NCBI GenBank assembly: GCA_050953065.1
Contig: JBMNLZ010000001.1
Location: forward strand, 96,001-160,000
DNA from: Bacilli bacterium
Lineage (GTDB): Bacteria > Bacillota_I > Bacilli_A > ML615J-28 > CAG-698
Direction of reading: 5' to 3'
Length of the DNA stretch: 64,000 bases
The translations under genes were made by a program, and so were the position numbers. Positions within the stretch are counted from its first letter, which is position 1. Every line of letters starts with the position of its first letter. Shown here piece by piece: positions 37,504 through 47,245 of the stretch. The notes beneath the pieces are model-generated. The model was not told where the DNA came from. It searched no databases and worked only from the letters and a program-made list of their open reading frames with translations.

Positions 37504-40482
37504 ATGAATTTAAGAGGTAAATATAATAGTTTGTTAGCACAAAGAAAAAACTTTGAATCTCCAAATGAAATCATTGAATTTAGAAACTTATGTAAAACTC
37601 AGCAAAATCAAGAATATATGTATCTCGCAGATATTCTTTTAGCTGACTATTATATAGATAAAAATAATTTAGAAGATGCTTTAAAAATAATTATTAAAAG
37701 TATAGAAAACATAGACTTTTCTATTTTTAATGCTGTATATGTAGCCCTTTTAGAAAGAGCTATCTATATACATATACAAAACAGAAATTTTAGAAGTGCT
37801 TATAGATACGCAGTAAAAAAACGTAATCAAATTAATTCTAACAAGGTTGAAGAATTAAATAGATGGAACCTTGAAATAGCATATATTTATGCTGAGCTTG
37901 ATAGAAAAGAAAAAGCTTTAGAAAAACTAGAGGAAATACTTAATACTTCTCCAGAAAAAGACTTAAAATCTTTAGTGCTTAGTAATATGACAAAATTGTA
38001 TATTGATCTTGGCAAGATTGAAAAAGCTAAAACAACTTTAGATGAATGTACTATATTAGCAAATAATCTTGAAGACAAAGAGGCATTAATGTATTGCAAT
38101 TACCTTAATGCGAAAATATATGCAAATGAAGGTAACGTGAGATTTGCCAAGAAAATTTACGTTGATATTTTTAATAATATAAAAAAATTAACTGATCATT
38201 ATTTACCAATAGCTAATGAATATTTAGAATTACTTATAGAAAATAATGACTTTAGAGAAGCAAATGAATTTTTGAAAGATTATAAAGATGAATTTGAAAA
38301 AACAAATGATTTATTCGTAAAAAAAGATTATTATAAAAATGTTTTGAGACTATCAATTAAAAGAAATTCTGATTTAAAGAACGAACTTTCGGAAACACTG
38401 AAAAAAATTGAAACAATTGAGAAAGAAATCGCTGAAACCAAAGAGTTTAATTTAGATTCAAATCTACAAGATGAAAAAAATGAAGAAGTAAGTATTAAAC
38501 TTCAAGAAATAATTAATAAAGTTGAAAAAACCATAAATCTTATCGGAATATCAATATTAAATGATGGTGAAAGAGATATTTTATTAGAATTTTCAGTTAG
38601 ACTTGAAGAAATATTAAAATTCGATGAAGCATTATATGTCTTTTTTAGCCGAGCAAATTATGAAGTTTTTCCTGAGTTTACTGATTTTATAAATTCTGTA
38701 AATACTTTTCAATATAAAAAAGAAAGATTATATGAAAGAAGAGTTGCTTATAGCAGTTTAAATAATAGTATAGTTGAAATGATGATGACATCTCCTCAAG
38801 AAATAACTATTGATTTTAATGATACTTCTTTAGGTATAAAAGATATATTTAATGATAAAAAATATAGCGAAAATGGTATAAGATATTTAGTTGCTTTACC
38901 GCTAAAACAAGATAACGATATGTTTGCTATGTGCATTTTTACAGCTAAAAACATTGATTTAACTGCTTCTGAAAACGTGGTTTTATTAAAAATTGCCACT
39001 AAGTTAATTGAATTTAAATTAGTAACTACATTCTATCAAGAAAGTTTAAGATCTCAAAAAAACATTTTAGAAGTATCACTAGATGGTTTGCAAGAAGGAC
39101 TGTACTATTATCATCCTCAAACTAATCAAATTTCTTTAACGGATCAATTTGCAAGATTTACTGGTATTAACAAAGCAATATGTGATAAAGCTAAATATCT
39201 TGAATTAATGAATAAAGATGACTTAAAGAGATATTTAAAAGTTGTAAATGAAGCTGTTTCAACGATTAAACCTTACAAAATAAGATATAGTTTAAATGCA
39301 ACTGGGCAAGTTGTTTTGGTTAGCGAACAAGGAACTCCTTATATTACTAAACAAGGTGCTTTGAGATGTTATATATGTTCAATTAATAAAGTTACTGATG
39401 ATGAACAAATTATTACAAAGAAAATTATGCCTTTAGAAGATGAGTTCAATATTGCTGAAATTAATGCTAAAGCTAAAAAGTTAGAATATAAATATTCGCT
39501 GTTAAGATTTAAAATTAAAAACTTGGATATGTATACTGACAATTTATTACTTAAAAATAAAGTAATTGAAAACACTTTTGAAAATATTAAATTAGTATTT
39601 GAAAACTTACCTTATTTATTTGATGATGAAACTTTTGTATTAATTTTAGAAAATAATATAGATAAAGAAAAAATTCAAAAGAAAATTGATAATTTCTTTT
39701 CTATAATTGAACCAGGCTTTGTTTATTGTGGTGTTAATATAAAAGTAGAAGTTACTTGTAGTATAACTAGATACCCAAAAGATGCAGTTGGAACAAAAGA
39801 AATGCTTGAGTTTTCTTTAATGGGGTTGAATGAAAAAGTAGATTATCAATTTTTTGATGATGAAATTTTCAAAAACTATATAAAAAAAGAAACTATTAAC
39901 AATTGTATAGTAGCTGAATCGGATTTCGGATTACTATTTGTAGAAATTGCTAAATCTGATAATAAAAAAATGTATGAACTTAGAGGCAATATAAGTGGAA
40001 TTAAACCTGGTGAAAATATATTTGATGATATTAAACCAGAAAATAGACTTAAATATGAACAGATAATTTTTAATAAAATTTCTACTTTAAATACAAAAGG
40101 ATTTACTTTTGCTTTGAATACATCAACTTCTACGATTCATCAAACTGTAAAATTTGTAGAAAAAGACAAATCTAATATTTTTAAAAATGGAATTGTTATT
40201 TTTAGTGATTGTGATAAAAGTGTATTTTCAGAAATCAAGAAACTGAAAGATTGTGGAATTAAAATTTATATTAATTTCTCTGCTTTCAAAAAATGCCCTT
40301 TTGAATCTTTAGCAACATCATTTTTTGATGGTATCAAAATGGATGTGAAACCTACTGAAGATGAGATTAAATTTTTAGAAACTTTAAAACTTGATGTTTT
40401 AACATTAGATCAAGAAGATATTAAGAAAAACTTTTATTATACTAAAAAAATATATGATTCTTTAGATTTAATCGAGGACTAG
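37504..40482 (+). CDS. multidomain signalling protein: TPR - GAF - PAS - degenerate GGDEF - degenerate EAL
   Basis: TPR-like helices (IAYIYAELDRKEKALEKL), GAF-like YLVALPL, PAS-like LDGLQEGLYYY..DD, GGDEF-fold YLFDDETF and SITRYPKDA, EAL-fold LKDCGIKIYINF; start 37504 or GTG 37489. Confidence 0.75.
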   Translation: MNLRGKYNSLLAQRKNFESPNEIIEFRNLCKTQQNQEYMYLADILLADYYIDKNNLEDALKIIIKSIENIDFSIFNAVYVALLERAIYIHIQNRNFRSAYRYAVKKRNQINSNKVEELNRWNLEIAYIYAELDRKEKALEKLEEILNTSPEKDLKSLVLSNMTKLYIDLGKIEKAKTTLDECTILANNLEDKEALMYCNYLNAKIYANEGNVRFAKKIYVDIFNNIKKLTDHYLPIANEYLELLIENNDFREANEFLKDYKDEFEKTNDLFVKKDYYKNVLRLSIKRNSDLKNELSETLKKIETIEKEIAETKEFNLDSNLQDEKNEEVSIKLQEIINKVEKTINLIGISILNDGERDILLEFSVRLEEILKFDEALYVFFSRANYEVFPEFTDFINSVNTFQYKKERLYERRVAYSSLNNSIVEMMMTSPQEITIDFNDTSLGIKDIFNDKKYSENGIRYLVALPLKQDNDMFAMCIFTAKNIDLTASENVVLLKIATKLIEFKLVTTFYQESLRSQKNILEVSLDGLQEGLYYYHPQTNQISLTDQFARFTGINKAICDKAKYLELMNKDDLKRYLKVVNEAVSTIKPYKIRYSLNATGQVVLVSEQGTPYITKQGALRCYICSINKVTDDEQIITKKIMPLEDEFNIAEINAKAKKLEYKYSLLRFKIKNLDMYTDNLLLKNKVIENTFENIKLVFENLPYLFDDETFVLILENNIDKEKIQKKIDNFFSIIEPGFVYCGVNIKVEVTCSITRYPKDAVGTKEMLEFSLMGLNEKVDYQFFDDEIFKNYIKKETINNCIVAESDFGLLFVEIAKSDNKKMYELRGNISGIKPGENIFDDIKPENRLKYEQIIFNKISTLNTKGFTFALNTSTSTIHQTVKFVEKDKSNIFKNGIVIFSDCDKSVFSEIKKLKDCGIKIYINFSAFKKCPFESLATSFFDGIKMDVKPTEDEIKFLETLKLDVLTLDQEDIKKNFYYTKKIYDSLDLIED

Positions 40483-40483
40483 A

Positions 40484-41614
40484 ATGGATTTCTTAGATAT
40501 CAACTATGAATATGTTGAAAAATTACTAAAAAAAATTGAAGTTCGTTCTTTTGCGTATATAATTTTTAAAAATACTTTTTCTGAAACAATGTTTAAAGCT
40601 AGTTGTAACACTATTAAAAACTCTAATTTAATTTTAGATGCTTATCAAAAAAATATTGATTCAAGTACAGGAAAAGGTGAAAAACTACTTTTGATTTTTG
40701 GAGTTCTTCAAAGTTTATTTACATCGATTGATGCTTTGTATAATTTAGGAAGATCATTATTAATTGATAAATTAATGATAAATATAAACCAAAATGAGGA
40801 ATTACGTGAAATTAAATATATAAGAAATGACGTTGTAGGACACCCTACCTATAGATATTATGATGACAAGCAAGTAGGTTTTTGTATTTTACATGAAGAT
40901 GATATATTTGATGAAAATTTCCATTATTCTGTTTATACGTTTCCAAAAAATACAATGAAAATTGAAAAACATAATGTTGATTTATATAAAATAATAGAGA
41001 ATTATAAGACAGAAAGTATCAATATCATTAAACAAACAACTAATTTTTTAGAATTAATGGAATCAGCTCCTGACACTACATTATTAGTAAAAATTTATAA
41101 GCTTACTGATGAATATAGTAAAGGTATTAAAAAAATTGATTTGTTAAATGAAATAAAAGAAGACTTTTGCACCCTTCTAGGTGTTGAAGCAGATTCAAAT
41201 AATAGATTTTTATGGCGAATCAGGCTGATTTCTATGCTTTTTGAACAAGAGAATAATAAATATATTGATTTTTTGATATTTGCTGAATTGAAAAAATTAT
41301 ATTCATTAGCTTATAAATTAACTTTAAGATTAAATCCAAAAATTAAATATAAATTTATTCATTACAAAATTCCAAAAGATTTTATAATGCTATCTAACTT
41401 ACTTGTTAAAAATAAAAGAATCGATTTGAACATTTTAAAAGATAGTCACCACCCTTTATTTTCAAGCATGTATAGCACTGTGATTACAGAATACCAAAAT
41501 AACGAAAAATTAGCGCCTTTAATACAGTGGATTAAGGAAAATTTAGATGCTAACAATCATGATATGCTGTATTTAATTGGCTCACAATTAAAAAAATATA
41601 AGAATAATAAGTAG
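40484..41614 (+). CDS. hypothetical protein with HEPN-like R-x5-H motif
   Basis: helical N-terminal domain FGVLQSLF..DAL and LREIKYIRNDVVGHP; SD GAGG, 1 nt after upstream stop. Confidence 0.6.
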   Translation: MDFLDINYEYVEKLLKKIEVRSFAYIIFKNTFSETMFKASCNTIKNSNLILDAYQKNIDSSTGKGEKLLLIFGVLQSLFTSIDALYNLGRSLLIDKLMININQNEELREIKYIRNDVVGHPTYRYYDDKQVGFCILHEDDIFDENFHYSVYTFPKNTMKIEKHNVDLYKIIENYKTESINIIKQTTNFLELMESAPDTTLLVKIYKLTDEYSKGIKKIDLLNEIKEDFCTLLGVEADSNNRFLWRIRLISMLFEQENNKYIDFLIFAELKKLYSLAYKLTLRLNPKIKYKFIHYKIPKDFIMLSNLLVKNKRIDLNILKDSHHPLFSSMYSTVITEYQNNEKLAPLIQWIKENLDANNHDMLYLIGSQLKKYKNNK

Positions 41615-41621
41615 GACAATT

Positions 41622-42599
41622 ATGAAAATTTTAAAATTTTTAAAAATATTCGTTTCGCCTTTAAGAATGGCACGATATAGAAATATGAGTTTGCTAATCA
41701 GTATCAGTTTGTGGTTGTTTTTAGCTGGCAATATTATTTCTATTCCATCTGTTGTATATTATAAAAATCACATATATGAAACTGTTGAAAAAAATCAAAA
41801 TGATACTTTATTAGATTTTGATGTATTATCAAGTATCCCTGAAGAAGATACTACATTTCAAACTTTCTTTACAGAATGGAATTGTTCAGTAAATAATAAT
41901 ATTTTTTCATGCAATAATTACATTGAACACCCTATGACTGTAATTAGTTTTAGTAAACCTAATTCAAATGATGAGTTAATAAATTATAATATCAAATTAA
42001 TTATAGATATATTACCAGAAAGCGAAGAAGTAGATGTTAGATTTCCTGTATCAGATGCTTTTGTAGATTTACCTGAAACTGATCAAAACTATCTTTTTGT
42101 TTTTTATGAGACTAGTTTTTTGTATAAAATTCCAAAAAGCAGTTCAGTCGGAGCTGTAAAAAGTAATACAAGATTTGAAGTCCCATATTCAAAAGCTAAT
42201 GGCGATGGAGCTTTTTCAATAACTGGATTTGGTGAGAATTCTCATAGTGCAGGAATATATTTAACCAGAAGATTATCAGAAACTGTTTTCTATGAATTGT
42301 TAAAATTGAACTTAACTTTAATGGGTTTTATTGTTTGTTTCTTTTGGCCATTATTACTAACATTAATTTTATGGATTTTATTTAAAAAATCTGGAAAACT
42401 TGAAACATACAAAGAATTTTACAATATAGCAACTTTAAGTTCTATAGTTCCTATATTATTAGTTTTTACAATAACATGGTTTTATCCTGGAGCATTAGAT
42501 TACTTTATTCCTATATATTCTTTCTACACAATGTTTGTAATATATAAAATTAATAACTCATCTACAGCAACAAATGATGATATGTTAATCTCACCATAA
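41622..42599 (+). CDS. membrane protein (1 N-terminal TM, extracytoplasmic domain, 3 C-terminal TMs; DUF1189-like topology)
   Basis: SPLRMARYRNM then hydrophobic helix; C-terminal hydrophobic segments around YKEFYNIA. Confidence 0.7.
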   Translation: MKILKFLKIFVSPLRMARYRNMSLLISISLWLFLAGNIISIPSVVYYKNHIYETVEKNQNDTLLDFDVLSSIPEEDTTFQTFFTEWNCSVNNNIFSCNNYIEHPMTVISFSKPNSNDELINYNIKLIIDILPESEEVDVRFPVSDAFVDLPETDQNYLFVFYETSFLYKIPKSSSVGAVKSNTRFEVPYSKANGDGAFSITGFGENSHSAGIYLTRRLSETVFYELLKLNLTLMGFIVCFFWPLLLTLILWILFKKSGKLETYKEFYNIATLSSIVPILLVFTITWFYPGALDYFIPIYSFYTMFVIYKINNSSTATNDDMLISP

Positions 42600-42613
42600 G
42601 GTGAGATTTTTTT
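42587..42613 (+). terminator. intrinsic terminator closing the three-gene operon
   Basis: AATCTCACC-ATAA-GGTGAGATT plus T-tract; stop codon lies in the loop. Confidence 0.85.
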
Positions 42614-42637
42614 ATAAAAATGAGAAAACCCTTTTTC

Positions 42638-42666
42638 TTGATTTAAAACGAAATTTAGTATATAAT
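42638..42666 (+). promoter_or_regulatory. promoter of nusB operon
   Basis: TTGATT-17 nt-TATAAT. Confidence 0.7.
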
Positions 42667-42692
42667 AAAAAAAGTAAATATGAGGTATCTAT

Positions 42693-43097
42693 ATGAAAAG
42701 AACTATAAGTAGGATAAGAGCAATGATATATTTATATAATTTTGATTTACTTAATGAAGAGGATATAACATTAAATACTACTTTAGAATCTGATTTAGAT
42801 TATGATATTAACTTTTTTAATGAATTAATTAATGGAGTAATAAAAAATTATAAAGAAATTGATAAAATTATTAGTATTAATTTAACAAATTGGACAATCG
42901 ATCGATTAAGTTACATAGATAGAAACCTAATAAGAATCGGAGTATATGAATTAAAGTATTTGAAAACTCCTAAAAATATCGTTATAAATGAAATAATAGA
43001 AATAAGTAAAGAATATAGTCAAACGGAAGATTATCTAACTTCTAAATTTAATAATGCACTATTAGAAAGAATTGCTGGTTATATTGATGGAAAATAG
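42693..43097 (+). CDS. nusB: transcription antitermination factor NusB
   Basis: WTIDRLSYIDRNLIR, VINEIIEISKEY, KFNNALL. Confidence 0.93.
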   Translation: MKRTISRIRAMIYLYNFDLLNEEDITLNTTLESDLDYDINFFNELINGVIKNYKEIDKIISINLTNWTIDRLSYIDRNLIRIGVYELKYLKTPKNIVINEIIEISKEYSQTEDYLTSKFNNALLERIAGYIDGK

Positions 43098-44415
43098 AAT
43101 TTTAACTGTAAAAGCACTAAATGAATATTTATCATATAAAATAACTTCGGATATTAATTTAAGAAGAATTTTTATTAAAGGCGAAATTTCAAATGTAAGA
43201 ATTTCAAGAGGACATTATTATTTTGTCTTAAAAGATGATGATTCGGAAGTAAGTGCAATAATGTTTGAAAATTATGCTAAGAACTTAAATTTTACTCCAA
43301 TTGATGGAATGTCAGTTCTAATTGAAGGGAGTATTAATGTTTACACTAAAAAAGGTACTTATAATATAAATTGCTTTGAAATGCAGGAAACAGGATTAGG
43401 AGAAATATATTTAAGATTTCTAAAACTTAAAGAAAAACTTTCAAAAGAAGGTGTTTTTGATACCGAAAAAAAACTTTCACTTCCTGAAAAAATCGAAAAA
43501 ATAGGTATAATTACTAGTCCTACAGGTGAGGCCTTACACGATATAATAAGCACTATAAATAAAAGATATCCACTAGTAGAAGTTTTTTTATATCCTTCAT
43601 TAGTACAAGGAGCTGATGCTCCTCAAAGTTTGATAAAATCACTTAAAAGGGCTATTTCTGAAAAATTAGTAGATGTTATAATTATTGGAAGAGGTGGTGG
43701 CTCTATGGAAGACTTATCTTGTTTTAATGATGAAGAATTAGCAAGACTTGTTGCTACATCACCAATTCCTACAATTAGTGCTGTTGGACATGAAATGGAT
43801 TATACAATAATAGATTTCGCAGCTTCATATAGAGCACCAACACCTACCGCTGCTGCAACAAAGGTAACTCCAAACAATAAAATAGATTTACTTAGTGATA
43901 TAGAAATATACGAGGGACGCTTAAAAAATCAAATTAAAAGACTGTTAACTGAAAAATTTAATAAATATGATATTTTAATCAATAGTTATGGATTGAAAAA
44001 TTTTATTAATATAATCAATGTCAAAGAAGAATATTTAAATAATCTTACCTTTAATTTGAAAAGCTTATCGCCTATCCAAATAATCGATAAAAAACTTGAA
44101 TATTTAGATAGCTTAATTCATAGAATTAACTTATATGATTTAGAAAATAAAATAAATGAAAATCTATCTAACATTGATAATTATGTAAAAAAAATTAATT
44201 ACTATATAAATATGAATTTTAAAGAAAAAGAAAATAAGTTAAATGAACTTTTAGAAAAAGTAAATTTAGTTAATCCACATAATATATTAAAAAGAGGATA
44301 TGCTTTAGTTTATAAAGATAATAAAATAATTAAATCTTCAAATTCAATAGATGAAAATTCAGAATTTGAAGTTAAATTTTATGACAGTTCATTAACTGCT
44401 AAAAAAGTGAGGTAA
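43087..44415 (+). CDS. xseA: exodeoxyribonuclease VII large subunit
   Basis: GEISN, GHYYF, GRGGGSMEDL, SAVGHE.D, APTPTAAA. Confidence 0.96.
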   Translation: MENRILTVKALNEYLSYKITSDINLRRIFIKGEISNVRISRGHYYFVLKDDDSEVSAIMFENYAKNLNFTPIDGMSVLIEGSINVYTKKGTYNINCFEMQETGLGEIYLRFLKLKEKLSKEGVFDTEKKLSLPEKIEKIGIITSPTGEALHDIISTINKRYPLVEVFLYPSLVQGADAPQSLIKSLKRAISEKLVDVIIIGRGGGSMEDLSCFNDEELARLVATSPIPTISAVGHEMDYTIIDFAASYRAPTPTAAATKVTPNNKIDLLSDIEIYEGRLKNQIKRLLTEKFNKYDILINSYGLKNFINIINVKEEYLNNLTFNLKSLSPIQIIDKKLEYLDSLIHRINLYDLENKINENLSNIDNYVKKINYYINMNFKEKENKLNELLEKVNLVNPHNILKRGYALVYKDNKIIKSSNSIDENSEFEVKFYDSSLTAKKVR

Positions 44416-44417
44416 AT

Positions 44418-44618
44418 ATGAAAGAAAAATTTGAAGTATTATTAAAAGAACTTGAAGAAATTATTAATAAACTTGAAGAAGGCAATCTAGATTTAGATGA
44501 AGCTATTGTAAAATATCAAAGAGGTATTGATTTAGCAAAAAAGTGTAAAAAGCAATTACAAGATGCTAAAGAAATTGTAGTTAATAAAATGAGTGAAAAA
44601 GATTCTAATGATAACTAA
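44418..44618 (+). CDS. xseB: exodeoxyribonuclease VII small subunit
   Basis: FE..LKELEEII.KLE.G.L.LDEAI..YQRG. Confidence 0.93.
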   Translation: MKEKFEVLLKELEEIINKLEEGNLDLDEAIVKYQRGIDLAKKCKKQLQDAKEIVVNKMSEKDSNDN

Positions 44619-45438
44619 TAAATACTTAGATTTAATAGAAAATAATTTAAATAAAATATTAAACTCATATCATAATGAATTTAGAAAACCTATAACATAT
44701 TCCTTGTTTGGAGGGAAAATGCTTAGAGGCCAATTATTACTAATTGGTTTAAATGATTTGAAAATTAATATACAATTAGGGGTAGATATAGCTTGTGCTT
44801 TAGAGATGATTCAAGCTTATACTTTAGTTCATGATGATTTGCCAGGAATGGATGATGATGATTATAGAAGAGGTAAACTTTCTAACCATAAAGTTTACGG
44901 TGAAGGTATTGCCATTTTAGTGGGCGACACACTTTTAAATGATGCTATTAATTTAATCTCTAATATTAATTATATTGAAAAAAATATATTGTTGGATATA
45001 ATTAAAATTATTACATCTAAACTTGGTGGCAATGGCATGATTTTAGGCCAATATCTTGATTTAACAACTAAAGGATCTATGGTTAATACTTTTGAAGTGA
45101 CCAATATAAGACAATTAAAAACTGTAAATTTTTTTGAATTGGTTTTCATTATCATAGGTCTTTTATCAAATGTTGAAAAAAACGAAATATCCCAATTAGA
45201 AAAAATTGGGAACTTAATAGGCCATGCTTTTCAAATCAAAGATGATTTAGATGACCATATTAATGAAAAAAAGAGCGATATAATTAATAATAGACCTACT
45301 ATAACTCGTGTTGATTCACTAGAAAATATTAAAAAAACATTATCAAAAATCAAAAATGAGTGTATTAATGAGATAATAACTTTTTTTGGTCAAGGTGAAA
45401 TTTTAACTTTATTTGAAAGGATGTTCTATGAATATTGA
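44608..45438 (+). CDS. ispA: polyprenyl (farnesyl) diphosphate synthase
   Basis: HDDLPGMDDDDYRRG, GMILGQYLDL, FQIKDD. Confidence 0.88.
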   Translation: MITNKYLDLIENNLNKILNSYHNEFRKPITYSLFGGKMLRGQLLLIGLNDLKINIQLGVDIACALEMIQAYTLVHDDLPGMDDDDYRRGKLSNHKVYGEGIAILVGDTLLNDAINLISNINYIEKNILLDIIKIITSKLGGNGMILGQYLDLTTKGSMVNTFEVTNIRQLKTVNFFELVFIIIGLLSNVEKNEISQLEKIGNLIGHAFQIKDDLDDHINEKKSDIINNRPTITRVDSLENIKKTLSKIKNECINEIITFFGQGEILTLFERMFYEY

Positions 45439-47245
45439 TTTAAAAGAAATTAAATCACCCGATTTTTTAAAAAAACTAACTGTTAAAGAATTGACGAAAT
45501 TATCAGATGAAGTTAGAAGTTTTCTGATTGATTCAATTAGTCAAACCGGTGGACACCTTTCTTCAAATTTAGGAGTGGTTGAACTTACAATTGCTTTACA
45601 TTATGTTTTTGATTCGCCTTTTGATAAATTAATTTTTGATGTTGGTCATCAAAGTTACACCCATAAAATATTAACTGGAAGAGGAAAGGATTTCTCTACA
45701 CTTAGAAAATATAATGGCTTAAGTGGTTTTATGAAATATAGTGAAAGTGAACATGATGTTTGGGAGGCTGGTCATAGTTCAACATCTCTTTCTGCAGCTG
45801 CTGGATTTTTAGAAGCAAAAAAGAATAGTAGTAATAAAATTGGTGAAGTAATTACAATTATTGGTGACGGAGCAATTGAAAATGGATTATCATTTGAAGC
45901 CTTAAATTATTTAAGCAATTTAAAAACTGTTAAACCAATTATAGTTTTAAATGATAATGAAATGAGTATTTCAAAAAACGTTGGTTTTTTGGCAAAAAAA
46001 TGTAATAAAATAAGGATTAGACGCTCTTACAATCTACTTAAAAAATTAACTCCTAGTTTTCTACATAGATTTTTAGCGAGAATAAAAAGTTCTCTTCGTC
46101 AATTGATTTATGGTAATAATATTTTTTCTTCATTAGGATACAAATATTTTGGCCCTATTGATGGTCATAATATTAAAGATTTAATAATGTATTTAAATTA
46201 TGCAAAAAAAAGTCAATCACCTGTCTTAATTCATGTAAAAACAATTAAAGGCAAGGGATATAAATATGCAGAAAGTGACAGCAAAGGAGTTTGGCATGGT
46301 GTTAATTCTTTTGAAATAGATTCAGGAAAAACAATTACTAAAAACAATGAAAATAAAATTAGTTGGAGTCTTGGTGTAAGCAATATAGTAACTAAGTATG
46401 CTCTTTCCAATCCTAATATTAAAATCATTTGTCCTGCAACAATGCCAGGCTCTTCATTTGATATCACTCAAGAATTAATTCCAAACCAGATTATAGATGT
46501 AGGTATTGCTGAAGAACATGCAGTTGTAATGGCAGCAGCAATGGCACGAAATGGAATAATACCGATTGTATCAATGTATTCAACATTTATTCAAAGAGCT
46601 TATGATCAAATTAATCATGATGTTTGTAGAAATTCTAATCACGTAATTTTTTTAATAGATAGAGCTGGGATAGTAGGAGGCGACGGAGATACTCATCAAG
46701 GTGTTTTTGATATATCTTTTTTGTCTCATTTGCCTAATATGATAATAGCAATGCCTAAAAATTTATCTGAATTTGAAAAGATTTTTCAAATCGCTTTAGA
46801 AAAAAAACAACCTTTTGCTATAAGATATCCTAGAGGAGATGTTGAAAATACTACTATATCTAGCACATTTGAGTTCAAAGAATGGGAAGAAGTGATACCG
46901 ATTTCAAAAAGGAATATAGTTACATATGGTGACAATATTAATGCGTTTGAGAAACAGATAAAAGAATTAAAACTTAACTTTGGTTTAATTAATGCTAGAT
47001 TTATAAAACCGATAGATTTAAATATGCTAAATAAACTTAATGATAGTGAAATAATTGTTTATGAAGAGGTTATAAAGACTGGATCTTTGTTTACTCAAAT
47101 TTTACAAGAAATTAATAATAATAATTTAGGTATTAAATGTAAAAGTTACTCTATAGATAATGAATATGTAACTCATGGTGACATTTCTTCAGTTAAAAAA
47201 GATTTAAACCTAGATATTATAAAAATATTAAAAGGTGAAATATGA
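45428..47245 (+). CDS. dxs: 1-deoxy-D-xylulose-5-phosphate synthase
   Basis: GGHLSSNLGVVEL, DVGHQSY.HK, GDGA..NDN, IAEEHA, QRAYDQ. Confidence 0.97.
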   Translation: MNIDLKEIKSPDFLKKLTVKELTKLSDEVRSFLIDSISQTGGHLSSNLGVVELTIALHYVFDSPFDKLIFDVGHQSYTHKILTGRGKDFSTLRKYNGLSGFMKYSESEHDVWEAGHSSTSLSAAAGFLEAKKNSSNKIGEVITIIGDGAIENGLSFEALNYLSNLKTVKPIIVLNDNEMSISKNVGFLAKKCNKIRIRRSYNLLKKLTPSFLHRFLARIKSSLRQLIYGNNIFSSLGYKYFGPIDGHNIKDLIMYLNYAKKSQSPVLIHVKTIKGKGYKYAESDSKGVWHGVNSFEIDSGKTITKNNENKISWSLGVSNIVTKYALSNPNIKIICPATMPGSSFDITQELIPNQIIDVGIAEEHAVVMAAAMARNGIIPIVSMYSTFIQRAYDQINHDVCRNSNHVIFLIDRAGIVGGDGDTHQGVFDISFLSHLPNMIIAMPKNLSEFEKIFQIALEKKQPFAIRYPRGDVENTTISSTFEFKEWEEVIPISKRNIVTYGDNINAFEKQIKELKLNFGLINARFIKPIDLNMLNKLNDSEIIVYEEVIKTGSLFTQILQEINNNNLGIKCKSYSIDNEYVTHGDISSVKKDLNLDIIKILKGEI

